Part shown: positions 20,073 to 30,906 of the stretch, in pieces
How positions within the stretch are numbered: the stretch's first letter is position 1
Layout: the number at the start of each line of letters is the position of its first letter
Assembly: GCA_963663805.2 (NCBI GenBank)
Contig: CAXXMR010000025.1
Coordinates: forward strand, 1-64,000
Direction of reading: 5' to 3'
Source of the DNA: Sedimentisphaerales bacterium
GTDB taxonomy: Bacteria > Planctomycetota > Phycisphaerae > Sedimentisphaerales > SM23-30
DNA length: 64,000 bases
Position numbers and translations under genes: made by a program
The notes under the pieces: generated by a model
What the model saw: only the letters and a program-made list of their open reading frames with translations
Told to the model about the DNA's origin: nothing
Database searches by the model: none

Positions 20073-20861
20073 TTAGCGTTTTCTGCGAATCAACCCGACA
20101 AAGCCCGCCGCGAGAAGCCCGATTGTCGCGGGTTCCGGGATAACTCTGGTGTAGGTATCTTCGCCGCTGACAAAGGTGGATATAATCAAATCTTTACTGC
20201 CGCTGTCGCCCACGATTTGGCCGGCCTGTTCATAAGCCTGAACAACCGAAACCTGATCGCCTGCTAAAATCATTTCGCCATCGGTGATATTGATAACCGC
20301 GTTAGTGCCCAATTCGTTTAGCAGGGCGATTTGCAGTGTGCCGCCCATGACATTGACTGTCGCGGTGCCGCTGGTAACGCCCGCGCCAGGATCGCTGCTG
20401 AAATATGCACCGGTACCCGCTACGCTGCCATTGATGTCCAGCAGGCCGTCAATAATGTTAATCGTACCGACATAACCAGTACCGGGTGCGACAATCAAAT
20501 CGCGGGTATGAATTGTGCCGCCGTCAACATTTAGAATACCTTCGCCACCATTTTCACGCCCCATATACCAGTAGCTGGTATTGGTCAGCTCGCCCTTTAC
20601 GGTCAGGGTGACGGTGCCTGCGGCGTTTTCGCAGGGACCGATGACTTTACGCGGAGCGACTGAGTCACCGGCATCGATGAGGATACTGGCGTCTGCCACG
20701 TCCAGAAAAACCCGGTCGCCATTGGCGGGTACCGCATCGCCGACCCAGTTTTCGGGGGTAAGCCAGTTGTCATCCGCGCCGCCTGCGTCCCAGGATACAT
20801 CGGTAGCGTACAGACTGCCGCAAATCGCCAAAACCGCTAGAATTGTAAGAATACGAGACAT
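20073..20861 (-). CDS. PEP-CTERM sorting-domain surface protein
   Basis: Signal peptide; Gly-rich beta repeats; C-terminal IPEPATIGLLAAGFVGLIRRKR. Confidence 0.92.
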   Translation of the reverse strand: MSRILTILAVLAICGSLYATDVSWDAGGADDNWLTPENWVGDAVPANGDRVFLDVADASILIDAGDSVAPRKVIGPCENAAGTVTLTVKGELTNTSYWYMGRENGGEGILNVDGGTIHTRDLIVAPGTGYVGTINIIDGLLDINGSVAGTGAYFSSDPGAGVTSGTATVNVMGGTLQIALLNELGTNAVINITDGEMILAGDQVSVVQAYEQAGQIVGDSGSKDLIISTFVSGEDTYTRVIPEPATIGLLAAGFVGLIRRKR

Positions 20862-21078
20862 TTTACTTCCTCCAATTAAGAAAACATTTACCTATCCAGC
20901 ACACACAATACATATTTATAGTAACAATCACAGCAGCCGGGAAACATCCCACTTTACGACAAAATACAATCATTTTACGAACAGGTGGTAGAATCCCGCT
21001 TTGACAATTTGAAATACTTTATTTGCATAAGCCAGTTTGGATTGTTATTATCATAGTTGACAGGAGGTTGTATCGGCT

Positions 21079-21741
21079 ATGAATATCATCGAAATATTTA
21101 CGTCTATTCAAGGTGAGGGGATATACGCCGGGCAACCCAGTGTTTTTGTTCGGTTGGCAGGCTGTGACCGCAAATGTTTATGGTGTGATACCGCTTTCGC
21201 TCAGGATTCGCGGAGCGGTCGTGAGGTTTCGGTTGAGCGGCTTTTTACTGAGCTTTTGGAGAAGGACGTACCGAATATTGTAGTTACCGGCGGTGAACCG
21301 CTTTTGAATGGGGAATTGCCGGAACTGCTCGCTAAACTTTGTGAAGCGAAAAAACGTGTTACACTGGAGACCAGTTGTCCGTTTTATGTTGAACTGCCGC
21401 AGGTGCTGGTTAGTATGAGCCCCAAGCTTTCCGGTTCGCGGGCTGATGGTTCACCGATTGCCATGAAGGAACTGGATGCGATAGGTCGCTATGTGGAATC
21501 TTACGAATACCAGATTAAGTTTGTGGTAGGGGAGTATAAGGATGTCCAGGAGGCTGAGGAGGTTCTGGAGCATTTGGGCAGGGGGGTAGACCGCGCACGG
21601 GTATTGCTTATGCCGCAGGCTCGCAAACGCGAGGAATATCTTGCGTTGGCACCACAGATAGCAGAATGGGCCATTGAGACTGGTTTAAGATTTGGTCCGC
21701 GGCTGCACGTTGAATTATGGTCCGACGAGCGAGGTCGATAA
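21079..21741 (+). CDS. queE: 7-carboxy-7-deazaguanine synthase (radical SAM)
   Basis: EIFTSIQGEG, CDRKCLWCDT, TGGEP, SPKL, RLH. Confidence 0.88.
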   Translation: MNIIEIFTSIQGEGIYAGQPSVFVRLAGCDRKCLWCDTAFAQDSRSGREVSVERLFTELLEKDVPNIVVTGGEPLLNGELPELLAKLCEAKKRVTLETSCPFYVELPQVLVSMSPKLSGSRADGSPIAMKELDAIGRYVESYEYQIKFVVGEYKDVQEAEEVLEHLGRGVDRARVLLMPQARKREEYLALAPQIAEWAIETGLRFGPRLHVELWSDERGR

Positions 21742-21803
21742 AAATAGCCCCCGGCCAATGGTTCGACCTGGGGGCTTGTGCGGACAAAACTGTTCGGTCA
21801 GAT

Positions 21804-22676
21804 TTAGGGGATGACCGTATTGAGCGGATAGGTGAAAATGCCGGACGCTCCGATCTTGCGGAGTTTGGGCATGAGATCGCGGGCAACCCGTTCTTCAACG
21901 ATAACCTCGATAGCGACGAATTTTTCGTCGGCCAAGTGATTGACCGTGGGGGATTTTTCCGAGGGAAGTATTTCGGTTGCTTCTTTGAGTTTGTCAGCGG
22001 GCAGATTCAGTTTAAGGCCGACCTTGGCCCGGCCTGCCATAGCACCCCGCAGCAGCATGGCGACCGCTTCGATTTTTTCACGTTTGAAGGGGTCTTCCCA
22101 GGCCTGTTTGTTGGCAATCAGACGAGTAGTGCTGGACAGTATTTCGTGGATGATACGCAGATTATTCGCTTTCAGACTCGAACCGGTTTCGGTTACTTCG
22201 ACGATACCATCGAGCAAGCGAGCCTTGACTTCAGTGGCGCCCCAGGAGAACTCAACCTTTACATTAATGCCTTCTTCAGCGAAATATTTGCGGGTTACGT
22301 TTACAAGCTCGGTAGCGACAATGCCGCCTTCGAGGTCTTTGGGAGTTTTTGTCGAACTTTCGTTCGGAACCGCCAATACCCAGCGAGCGGGGCGGGAGGT
22401 TGCTTTGGAATATACCAGTTCGCAAACCTCTACCACATCAGATTCGTTTTCGAGAATCCAGTCCTTGCCGGTCAGCCCCATATCAATCACGCCATCTTCG
22501 ACGTAGCGGCTCATTTCCTGGGCGCGAAACATAACACCTTCGATTTCAGGGTCGTCAATCGAGGGGAAATAACTGCGGGAAGAGACCTGGACTTCATATC
22601 CCGCCCGGCGGAACAAATCAAAGGTCGCATCAGCCAGCGAGCCCTTGGGGAAACCGATTTTTAGTACCTTTGCCAA
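21804..22676 (-). CDS. hisG: ATP phosphoribosyltransferase, long form
   Basis: [30 protein letters not shown]-terminal regulatory domain. Confidence 0.95.
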   Translation of the reverse strand: MAKVLKIGFPKGSLADATFDLFRRAGYEVQVSSRSYFPSIDDPEIEGVMFRAQEMSRYVEDGVIDMGLTGKDWILENESDVVEVCELVYSKATSRPARWVLAVPNESSTKTPKDLEGGIVATELVNVTRKYFAEEGINVKVEFSWGATEVKARLLDGIVEVTETGSSLKANNLRIIHEILSSTTRLIANKQAWEDPFKREKIEAVAMLLRGAMAGRAKVGLKLNLPADKLKEATEILPSEKSPTVNHLADEKFVAIEVIVEERVARDLMPKLRKIGASGIFTYPLNTVIP

Positions 22677-22743
22677 TGTAAATCTCCTGTTACCTTATCA
22701 GATTCATATTTGGTGTTTTATTTAATTCTGCGGGGTTGATGAA

Positions 22744-23478
22744 TCAGGAAGTTTTCTTTTTAGTCGTAGTTTTTTTCTTGGTAGTAGTTTTCTTCTTGGT
22801 TGTTTTTTTAGTAGTAGTTTTCTTGGTGGTAGTTTTGGTAGTGGTTTTCGTAGTTTTTTTGGTGGTGATAGTTTTCCCGCTATCAGCGTGCTTCCGCAGC
22901 AGAGCATAAGTTTCGCGTACATCATTGGCGGAAATCTGCCGTTCCAGGAACCCTTGCACATCGGCAGCGTCTGACTTTTCGTCTACGACTTCTTCGTTGC
23001 GGAGCATAGTGAGCATTCTTTCGCACACCGGGAAAGCGTGCCCTTCGAGGCTGTTGAGCATTATTCTTGCGACGGTGTAAGGGGAAATATCCTTTAGACC
23101 TTCCAGATACGCCTTGGCTTCGCGTTTGCCCATTTCCTTCAGATTGCTCAAGTCCATTTTGTCGCGTTTATCAAAAACACGTTTCAAGATCGTCAGGAGT
23201 TCGCGGGTAATCTCCATTGCCCTGGGGAAATCCTTGCCCAGAGTGTTGACCACCTCGTTAACCTGGCAGATACGAAGTTCGTTGTAATCCACATAGGTTG
23301 AGGTGAGCTTGTTGAGAGCGGTTTTGGCCTTGCTTTCGGTAGTTTGGGCGGAAAGACACGCCATTATCAGTTCTTCAACCGGGTCGGTTGGTTCGGCAAT
23401 CTTGATATCGCCCAGTTGCTTTTTGAGGGCAGCACATAGTTTTTTTAGTTTTGCCCCATATTGACTGCTATCTTTCAT
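22744..23478 (-). CDS. Endonuclease III (HhH-GPD)-like protein with Lys/Thr-rich basic tail
   Basis: DPVEELIMACLSAQTT resembles the Nth N-terminus; FPVC in place of FPVD; no Fe-S Cys motif; TTKK-repeat tail. Confidence 0.6.
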   Translation of the reverse strand: MKDSSQYGAKLKKLCAALKKQLGDIKIAEPTDPVEELIMACLSAQTTESKAKTALNKLTSTYVDYNELRICQVNEVVNTLGKDFPRAMEITRELLTILKRVFDKRDKMDLSNLKEMGKREAKAYLEGLKDISPYTVARIMLNSLEGHAFPVCERMLTMLRNEEVVDEKSDAADVQGFLERQISANDVRETYALLRKHADSGKTITTKKTTKTTTKTTTKKTTTKKTTKKKTTTKKKTTTKKKTS

Positions 23479-23881
23479 CTTCAGAATCCCTTAGTTCATC
23501 TGTTTCCTGAGTATCGTGCTGACGCCGGAGATTTTCCTCGGCGATCATGCCAAAAAGCTGGTCCATCTGGGCCCCTTTTTTCAAAGAGTTGTCCAGATGA
23601 AAACGCAAGGCCGGGCAAACTTTGGTCTGGAGGGCATCTCCCAGTTTGCCCTGAATAAACCCGTGAGCGTGCTGAACTGCCCGAAGGCTGAGTTCCTGCT
23701 TGTTTTCAGGGACGCCCAGAACGCTCAAATATACCTGGGCGTTACGCATGTCGGGGGTTACCTCCACACGCGTGACACTGACCAGGCCTTCGATACGTGG
23801 GTCCGAAAGATCCCGCTGAATCACGGTGCTGACCGTGTTTCTTATAACATGCGAAATTTTTTCTATACGTCGCGAGGCCAT
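23468..23881 (-). CDS. rbfA: Ribosome-binding factor A
   Basis: DPRI, VTRVEVTPDMRNAQVY, P-L-F-D motif; synteny with infB. Confidence 0.95.
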   Translation of the reverse strand: MASRRIEKISHVIRNTVSTVIQRDLSDPRIEGLVSVTRVEVTPDMRNAQVYLSVLGVPENKQELSLRAVQHAHGFIQGKLGDALQTKVCPALRFHLDNSLKKGAQMDQLFGMIAEENLRRQHDTQETDELRDSEDER

Positions 23882-23882
23882 T

Positions 23883-24164
23883 TCACCAAAACTCTATTGT
23901 ATAATCCACCAAAGACAATTGCGGCACACGCCGCACAAAATCAACTACCTTGCTCAATACTTCTTCGGCAAACGGTTTTTCGTTGGTCACAACCGCTACT
24001 CCCAAAAGGGCACTGCGCATGACATCATTATAATCAACCTCGGCAATCGAGACGTTAAAACTATTCCTTACGCGGTCCTTGAGGCTTTTTATTACCCGTC
24101 GTTTGTCTTTCAATGACCGGGCTTCATAAATACTCAGCCTCAGTTCCAGTACCCCGATAATCAT
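23883..24164 (-). CDS. DUF503 (YlxP-like) protein
   Basis: SLKDKRRVIKSL...FNVSIAEV; usual position between infB and rbfA. Confidence 0.9.
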   Translation of the reverse strand: MIIGVLELRLSIYEARSLKDKRRVIKSLKDRVRNSFNVSIAEVDYNDVMRSALLGVAVVTNEKPFAEEVLSKVVDFVRRVPQLSLVDYTIEFW

Positions 24165-24206
24165 TTTCAGGTAAATTCCTGCCGGTGGCTTAACGGGTTA
24201 AAATTT

Positions 24207-26996
24207 TTAATCCAGTTTGCGGGTAATCTCGATCATTTCGTAAGCCTCGATAATATCACCCACCTTAATGTCATCAAATCGGGCTAGTTTGATACCGCAT
24301 TCCAAACCGCTGCGAACTTCGGAGGCGTCGTTCTTTTCACGCTTAAGGGATTCTATACGCAACTCATCATTTACAACAATGTTGTCACGAATCAATCTGA
24401 CTTTGGCAGAACGCGGGATAGCACCTTCGGTGACATAACAGCCAGCGATAACGCCAATGCGGGAAATCTTGAAGGTGTCTCTAACCTCAACCCGTCCCAG
24501 TTGTTTTTCTTCAATGCGGGGCTTGAGCATACCTTCCAGAGCGAGTTTGACATCATCGACCAGATTGTAAATTACCCGGTAGAGACGAACTTCCACGCCG
24601 CTTTGTTCAGCGAGCTGGCGGGCATGTTCGTCGGCGACTACCTGGAAACCGACAACAATAGCGTTGGAGGCTTCAGCCAGTACGATGTCACTTTCGGAAA
24701 TTCCGCCTACGGCCGCGTGCAGGACGCGAACCGCCACTTCATCGGTGTTGAGCTCCTGAGCGGTATTTACCAGCACATCAACCGAACCCTGCACGTCGGC
24801 CTTGATAATCATATTCAGTTCGCGAACTTCGCCAGCGGCGATTTCGGTGAACAGGTTTTCCAGAGTGATCTGACGACGTTTGCCGAGTTTTTCCTCACGC
24901 CGGCTGACACGCTGTTCTTCGGCGATAGCAACAGCCTTGGTTATGTCGTCGAGAATGAAGAAACGGTCGCCGGCGTTGGGCATTTCATCGAGCCCGGAGA
25001 TTTCCACCGGCATACTCGGCCCGGCAAATTCCAGTTCATTGCCCAGTGGGTCACGCAAAGTACGTACGCGACCCTGACTCTTGCCGGAAACTATAATATC
25101 GCCTGTTTTCAACTTTCCGGCTTTGACAAGCAAACGGGCGACGACACCCTGGCCGATAGACATTTCTGATTCGACAATCCAGCCGGTTGCGGCCCCTTCC
25201 GAGCGAGCCCGGAGGTTGTTCAGTTCGGCGATATATTCAAGGTGTTCGACCAGGTCCTGAATACCTTCGCCGGTTGCGGCGGAAGTCTGGACCACTTCGG
25301 TCGTTCCACCCCATTCCGAGGGGGTAAGGTCGTGTTCAGCCAACTGTCCCAGTACACGATTAACGTTAGCGTTGGGCAAATCAATCTTGTTCAGGGCAAC
25401 GACAATCGGCGCCCCGGCAGCCTTGGCGTGATTGATAGCTTCTTCGGTCTGGGGCATAATCCCGTCGTCTGCGGCAACGACCAGTACGAGAATATCGGTC
25501 ATGTTCGCACCGCGTGCCCGCATTTCGGTAAAGGCTTTATGGCCCGGCGTATCGAGGAAAGTCACACGATTCTTGCCGTCGTCGTAAAGGTGACTGCCGA
25601 TATGCTGGGTAATACCGCCGGCCTCACCGTCAGCGACCGAAGCCTTGCGGATGCGGTCCAGCAATGAAGTTTTGCCATGGTCAACGTGACCCAGAAAAGC
25701 TACTACCGGCGGCCTGGGTGAAAGTTTGTCTTCATCGACCTCCGCCGAATCAAATTCATTTTGCAGTTCGTCAAGGAGCAGTTTTTTCTTTTCGATTACT
25801 AATTCGATACCAAACTCCATTGCCACCATTGATGCGGCGTCAGAATCAAGAACCTGATTGATGGAGGCCATTATGCCCATCCCCATTAATTTGCCGATAA
25901 TGATATTTCCACGTACGCCAATGGCAGAGGAAAGATCTTTTACGGTAATAGGTTCTTTTACCTTTGCCGACTCGATGGCTTGGGGAGCTGCCATACCACC
26001 GGGGTGTCCATCTTCGGACATGCGTCTCTGGCGACCGTGAAGTTTCTTGCCGGAAGCCAAAGCCAGACGCTCCTGACGTTCCTGAAGGTCGCGGTCTCCC
26101 CATTGATGTACCTGGGCTGGATCGTGGCCGCGACCATGCCGCCGGCCTCTGGCAGTGCGTTTCTTTTCGCCTTCCCAATCGGCTTCCCCCGCAGATTTTT
26201 TACCTTTCTTGGGCCTTTTACCTACGCCGGAGTCGGGCACAACATTAGGCTCGACGGGTAACGAGGCACTGCGCGGTGCGGCCGGGCGTTTGGGCCCGCG
26301 CGGCGGGATATGTACGGTATCAGCCCGTTCGACCCGGATGACCTTCGGACCTTGCAGTACCGCCGGGGTGGGCACAAATTCTTCCTGCGGCTTGACCGGT
26401 TCCTTAGGGGCAGCCGAAGGTTTCATCATGCCCGGTGCCATGCGAGGTTCCGGTGGTGTTTCTTCTTGAGCCTGAGCAGCCGGGGCCTGTTCGGTTTCCT
26501 CAGATGCGTCGGAATCTTCTTCCTGGACAGCCGCGGCGGATTCTTCGGTCAAATCTTCCTGGTGTTCTTCAGCAATTTCCTTGGGACTCAAACGCTTGGG
26601 ACGTGCAGCCCTGGGGCCATCCAGACCGTCAGATCCAGAAGGTTCAGCCGGGGAGACTTTTTCGTCCGAATCAACTTCGGGCTGCTCTGTTTCGTGGGCA
26701 TCGGTCTCTTCGGGAGATTCAACTGTATCTTCGGAAGGGGACTCATCTGTTTTGATGGGTTTGCGCTTCCGGGATTTCTTGACTTTGACCTTCTCCAGGT
26801 CGACTTTTTCGGTCAGCTCAACGGTGGTGGTATGGGCACCCGCCGAAAACCATTCACGAATAGTCGCTTCCAGACCTACCGAAACAGTACTCATATGGTT
26901 CTTGATAGGCAGACCCTCGGCCTGGCACTTGTCCACGATGGCAGTGCTCTTGACATTCAGTTCTTTCGCTAAATTGTGGACTCGAATTGTCGCCAC
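24207..26996 (-). CDS. infB: Translation initiation factor IF-2
   Basis: [32 protein letters not shown] start. Confidence 0.98.
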   Translation of the reverse strand: MATIRVHNLAKELNVKSTAIVDKCQAEGLPIKNHMSTVSVGLEATIREWFSAGAHTTTVELTEKVDLEKVKVKKSRKRKPIKTDESPSEDTVESPEETDAHETEQPEVDSDEKVSPAEPSGSDGLDGPRAARPKRLSPKEIAEEHQEDLTEESAAAVQEEDSDASEETEQAPAAQAQEETPPEPRMAPGMMKPSAAPKEPVKPQEEFVPTPAVLQGPKVIRVERADTVHIPPRGPKRPAAPRSASLPVEPNVVPDSGVGKRPKKGKKSAGEADWEGEKKRTARGRRHGRGHDPAQVHQWGDRDLQERQERLALASGKKLHGRQRRMSEDGHPGGMAAPQAIESAKVKEPITVKDLSSAIGVRGNIIIGKLMGMGIMASINQVLDSDAASMVAMEFGIELVIEKKKLLLDELQNEFDSAEVDEDKLSPRPPVVAFLGHVDHGKTSLLDRIRKASVADGEAGGITQHIGSHLYDDGKNRVTFLDTPGHKAFTEMRARGANMTDILVLVVAADDGIMPQTEEAINHAKAAGAPIVVALNKIDLPNANVNRVLGQLAEHDLTPSEWGGTTEVVQTSAATGEGIQDLVEHLEYIAELNNLRARSEGAATGWIVESEMSIGQGVVARLLVKAGKLKTGDIIVSGKSQGRVRTLRDPLGNELEFAGPSMPVEISGLDEMPNAGDRFFILDDITKAVAIAEEQRVSRREEKLGKRRQITLENLFTEIAAGEVRELNMIIKADVQGSVDVLVNTAQELNTDEVAVRVLHAAVGGISESDIVLAEASNAIVVGFQVVADEHARQLAEQSGVEVRLYRVIYNLVDDVKLALEGMLKPRIEEKQLGRVEVRDTFKISRIGVIAGCYVTEGAIPRSAKVRLIRDNIVVNDELRIESLKREKNDASEVRSGLECGIKLARFDDIKVGDIIEAYEMIEITRKLD

Positions 26997-27017
26997 GCAA
27001 TAACCTCCAAAGGCAGG

Positions 27018-28379
27018 TTATGATTCTGTTGCTTTGTTGTCAGCTTCGTCGGAATCAGATTCATCGTTTGTGTCGCCTGCTCCAGCTTCTGCGACATCTT
27101 GTTCTTCGCTATTTATTTCAGACTCGGTTTCAAAGTTGCCGAAAATGTCTGTTTCGTCTTCTTCGTTATCGGAGTCGTCAATGTCTTCCTTACCTGCCAG
27201 TACCGCCTGGGCCGCAGTGGTCAGTTCTTTGTTGGCCAGTTGTTTTTTCGCTTCTTCGGTAGCTTCATCGACAATGCGGTCGGCCAGATCTTCATCGAGG
27301 TCCAGAGATTCAACCAGCGGCTCGGGTCCGACTTCTTCCAGGTCCAATACCGAGACAATACCCAGAGCTACGATTTTGTCAATCAGCGTGTCGTCCACAC
27401 CATCAACGCGGTGCAGCGTGGAAATCATTGTTTCCACACCTTGGCGGTACTCCTTGGGGGTCAGAATATCAATATCCCAGTTGGTCAACCGGGCCGCCAA
27501 TCTTACATTCTGGCCGCGTTTGCCTATCGCCAGAGATAACTGGTCATCGCCCACAACCACAATGGCCCGATTCAACTCAAAACACAGAGCAATCTCCTGG
27601 GCCTCAGCAGGCCTCAGAGCATTGCCGATAAGAATCTGAGATGATTCATTCCAGCGGACAATATCAATTTTTTCGCCGCCGAGTTCATCGACGATATTTT
27701 TAATCCGACTGCCGCGTACGCCAACGCACGCGCCCACGGCGTCAACTTTACTGTCGATGCTCTGGACCGCAACTTTGGTACGATAACCGGCCTCGCGACT
27801 AAGACCGCGAATTTCGATAATGCGCTCAGCTACTTCCGGCACTTCCTGTTCAAACAGCCGGCGAATAAACTCTGGATGAGTACGCGAAAGAATAATTTTG
27901 ACCTGGTTGGGCGCTTCCTTGACTTCAAAGATGATGCCCCGAACCCGTTCACCTTGATGATAGGATTCACCCGGAATCTGCTCACTGCGGGGCAGGATTG
28001 CTTCGGTACGGCCCAGACTGACAATGGTCGCCCCGCCTTCATAGCGGGCTACCGTGCCGGTAATAACTTCGCCGATACGCTCCTTGAATTCCGAGAATAT
28101 ACTGCCCCGTTCATCCTCACGAAGCTTTTGAATCATAACCTGTTTGGCGGTCTGGGCCGGTATACGCCCCAGCTTTTTTATATTGATTTGTTCGTCGCCG
28201 ACGAACGCAACCATTTCTCCAGTCTCGCGGTTAATTTGAACGATTACATCTTCGGTGCCGCCAAAATGCTTGCGGGCCGCCGAAGCCATAGCTGCTTCGA
28301 TATCTGCGAAGATACTTTCCGGTTCAATATTCTTGTCGCGGGCAATGCTGTCCACTATCCGTATCAGTTCCTGGTTCAT
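27018..28379 (-). CDS. nusA: Transcription factor NusA
   Basis: GRIPAQTAKQV, S1/KH domains, CVGVRGSR, AIGKRGQNVRLA. Confidence 0.98.
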   Translation of the reverse strand: MNQELIRIVDSIARDKNIEPESIFADIEAAMASAARKHFGGTEDVIVQINRETGEMVAFVGDEQINIKKLGRIPAQTAKQVMIQKLREDERGSIFSEFKERIGEVITGTVARYEGGATIVSLGRTEAILPRSEQIPGESYHQGERVRGIIFEVKEAPNQVKIILSRTHPEFIRRLFEQEVPEVAERIIEIRGLSREAGYRTKVAVQSIDSKVDAVGACVGVRGSRIKNIVDELGGEKIDIVRWNESSQILIGNALRPAEAQEIALCFELNRAIVVVGDDQLSLAIGKRGQNVRLAARLTNWDIDILTPKEYRQGVETMISTLHRVDGVDDTLIDKIVALGIVSVLDLEEVGPEPLVESLDLDEDLADRIVDEATEEAKKQLANKELTTAAQAVLAGKEDIDDSDNEEDETDIFGNFETESEINSEEQDVAEAGAGDTNDESDSDEADNKATES

Positions 28380-28410
28380 AGCTTCGTTTCCTGATATTAC
28401 TTTTTAATAT

Positions 28411-28440
28411 AAAAAAAGTGGGCCGTCGTTAGCAGCCCAC
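28411..28440 (-). terminator. rimP-leader-like attenuator terminator directly upstream of nusA
   Basis: GTGGGCTG-CTAACGA-CGGCCCAC followed by T7 on the minus strand, 31 nt before the nusA ATG. Confidence 0.75.
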
Positions 28441-28609
28441 ATAAAATCATGCCCAAAAGGCATACCGGCACAGGTACCAAAACCGCTAAGTGATTTCCGA
28501 CTTTCGTTTATGAAGTCGCACACTCAGCAGTGATAGCCTGCCTCGGCGGCTGCTGCGATTGCTGCTCAGAACATGGAATAATAATCCATGCCCGGCCCGC
28601 TCGACGCCC

Positions 28610-29749
28610 CTAAGCGCCAACACCGTTGCTGTTCCCATTCAAAGTAACATTCATGCCCAGTTCACCCGTTTCAAAAACATGCGTGCGTTCCAGGTCGATT
28701 TTCACCAATGTATCACCGCCGTGGGGCACCCGCACATGAGCGTCGCACCGCATAATGACACGCTGGCCGTCGGGACCATGGTTCAGGTAAACGTCCCGAA
28801 CTCCGCCCAGCGGCTCAGATACAATAACTTTCATGCCCACCGTTTCGCCGGGGGCGGCATGTTCGGCATCCACCGGCTTGATATTTTCCGGCCGGGCACC
28901 CAACACCATTTTCTGGTCAACACAGTCGGCCAGACAGGGGAAATATCTCTCCGGCAGGTCCAAGAGCGTGCCGGAAAGGTCAAACTTGAATTTGCCATCA
29001 GTACGCCTGATATAACCTTCCAGGAAGTTCATCGGCGGCGTACCTACGAAACCCGCAACAAATCTGTCTGCCGGTCGGTCGTACACATCCAGCGGCGCTC
29101 CCACCTGCCGGATAATCCCGCCGTGCATGACCACAATAAGGTCCCCCAGACTCATGGCTTCTTCCTGGTCGTGGGTCACGTAAATAGTTGTGGTTTTTAG
29201 TCTTGCGTGGAGTTCTTTTAGCTCCGCCCGCATAACGCCGCGAAGCTTTGCATCCAGATTGCTTAATGGTTCATCAAACAAAAATGCCTTCGGGTCACGG
29301 ACAATCGCCCGACCTACGGCAACCCGCTGACGCTGGCCACCCGAAAGTGCTTTGGGTTTGCGTTCCAGTAAGTGCTGTATATCAAGGAGCTTAGCGGCTT
29401 TTTGGACCCGCTGGTCAATCTGGTCTTTTTTCATCTTACGCATCTTTAGGCCGAAAGCCATGTTTTTGTAAACCGACATATGCGGATACAAAGCGTAATT
29501 CTGGAAAACCATGGCAATGTCGCGGTCTTTGGGGGCAACATCGTTAATCACGCGTTCACCGATATTTATGGTTCCCTGAGTGATGTCCTCAAGTCCCGCG
29601 ACCATACGCAGCGTGGTGGTCTTGCCGCAACCGGAAGGGCCTACCAGAACCACGAATTCGCCGTCCCGAATGTCAAGATTGGCAGAATCAACCGCCTTGA
29701 CATCGCCGGGATACACTTTCGTAACGTTATTTAACAAAACTTCAGCCAT
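28610..29749 (-). CDS. Sugar ABC transporter ATP-binding protein (MalK/MsmX/UgpC family), orphan
   Basis: GPSGCGKT, VFQNYALYPHM, LSGGQRQR, DEPLSNLDA, VTHDQ. Confidence 0.95.
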   Translation of the reverse strand: MAEVLLNNVTKVYPGDVKAVDSANLDIRDGEFVVLVGPSGCGKTTTLRMVAGLEDITQGTINIGERVINDVAPKDRDIAMVFQNYALYPHMSVYKNMAFGLKMRKMKKDQIDQRVQKAAKLLDIQHLLERKPKALSGGQRQRVAVGRAIVRDPKAFLFDEPLSNLDAKLRGVMRAELKELHARLKTTTIYVTHDQEEAMSLGDLIVVMHGGIIRQVGAPLDVYDRPADRFVAGFVGTPPMNFLEGYIRRTDGKFKFDLSGTLLDLPERYFPCLADCVDQKMVLGARPENIKPVDAEHAAPGETVGMKVIVSEPLGGVRDVYLNHGPDGQRVIMRCDAHVRVPHGGDTLVKIDLERTHVFETGELGMNVTLNGNSNGVGA

Positions 29750-29796
29750 ACAAACTCCATCACGGTTATTTTAACCGTATATACTCCAAGACACAC

Positions 29797-29824
29797 ATTA
29801 TATATCTACTCAACCTCTTGTCAA
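29797..29824 (-). promoter_or_regulatory. Near-consensus sigma70 promoter
   Basis: TTGACA-16-TATAAT on the minus strand upstream of the ABC ATPase. Confidence 0.65.
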
Positions 29825-29925
29825 ATATAATAATAAAGTGAATCCCAGTACACGCCGGTGCCCGGATATTGTGTCGAGAGGCAAGATGCAGGAGCGGACA
29901 GCGATACTCCGCCTGCAAACATGAA

Positions 29926-29998
29926 TGAGGACGCTGGGACTCGAACCCAGGACCCACGGCTTAAAAGGCCGTTGCTCTACCAACTGAGCTACATCCCC
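29926..29998 (-). tRNA. tRNA-Lys (TTT), CCA not encoded
   Basis: GGGGATG acceptor, TAGCTCAGTTGGTAGAGC D-arm, ACGGC-CTTTTAA-GCCGT anticodon arm, GGTTCGAGTCC T-arm. Confidence 0.97.
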
Positions 29999-30123
29999 AA
30001 ATATTTACTTTTTAATAACTTACGTTCTTGGCGGCCTTTTGTTTGGTTGGCTCGGCCAAATCCAAGACTCGCGAATATATAACGACAATTGCTAATCGTC
30101 AAGAGTTGGAATTATTTTTTTTG

Positions 30124-30383
30124 CTATTCCATAATCGTTAGTTTGGCAATCAGCAGCATTATCAAAGCGGCCAGGATTAAAAAGCCCACGATTGTCAGGA
30201 AAAGCAGCAATACTTCGCGGATAAAATGGCGGGTTTCTATCGACTCCAGTTTGACGGCTTTATAACACCACGGCGATACTCAGGCTTATGGGCAATGCCC
30301 ACAGTAGCCCGGCAGGTAGTGGTAGGGGTACTTCCAGGGGAGTCTGTAAAAAGGCCGGCAAGTAGGTTGAATATGAAAATCAT
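30124..30383 (-). CDS. Small membrane protein (frameshifted)
   Basis: Hydrophobic fragments LSIAVVYKAVK and REVLLLFLTIVGFLIL in shifted frames; start lies just downstream of the preceding gene's stop. Confidence 0.45.
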
Positions 30384-30388
30384 GCTTA

Positions 30389-30785
30389 CTATTCCCTGCC
30401 TTTCTTCTGGGTGAGCATCAGGGCATCCAGAATGCAGACCAGATTCAGCAATCCCGCGACTCCGGCGTAGACTTGGGCGAGGCTGACGCCTCGGTTTGGT
30501 ACGAATTCAATTCCTGGGGCCGGGTCTGGCAATAATGCGCTTATCAGTGCGGGGAATCCGGAGAATACCTCTGCCAGGAACCACCACTGGTCGGTTTTGG
30601 GGTTTACCAGCTCGATACTGCCCAGCATCAGGGGCCAACAGGAAGGTCAGGCAGATGGTGACGCAAATGATGATTCCCCGTTTCTTTCGGCCCAGGAAAT
30701 AATGGCCCGCTCCGGGTATGAGCCAGGCTAATATTGGTATGAAAAAAGGGGCACCTTCTGGTATTCTAGTTTTTGCTGAGGCCAT
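30389..30785 (-). CDS. DUF6677-like membrane protein (frameshift ~30630)
   Basis: LAWLIPGAGHYFLGRKKRG and YAGVAGLLNLVCILDA in two ORFs; promoter TTGACG-17-TATCCT at 30830..30858. Confidence 0.65.
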
Positions 30786-30864
30786 CGGTCATTCCCAACT
30801 GCTTATCATTTCTTAACTAATCGGTATAGAGGATACCCTTGCCGGAAAGATTCGTCAAGAATTG

Positions 30865-30906
30865 AAAAAAGGGAAGCTGCCGCCCCCCCTGAAGCAACAG
30901 CCTCCC
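30865..30906 (-). terminator. Orphan intrinsic terminator (candidate sRNA 3' end)
   Basis: 13-bp stem with G-U pairs GGGAGGCTGTTGC/GCGGCAGCTTCCC plus T6; no ORF upstream on this strand. Confidence 0.65.

Noticed and set aside
21079..21741. 7-deazaguanine DNA modification (dpd) defence system
   Set aside because: Lone queE with no dpdA/tgt paralog, queC, queD or folE nearby; ordinary queuosine synthesis is simpler.
28440..28609. SRP RNA, 6S RNA or a known riboswitch
   Set aside because: No SRP domain IV motif, no single long rod, and no aptamer consensus I can recognise; kept only as an unnamed structured leader.
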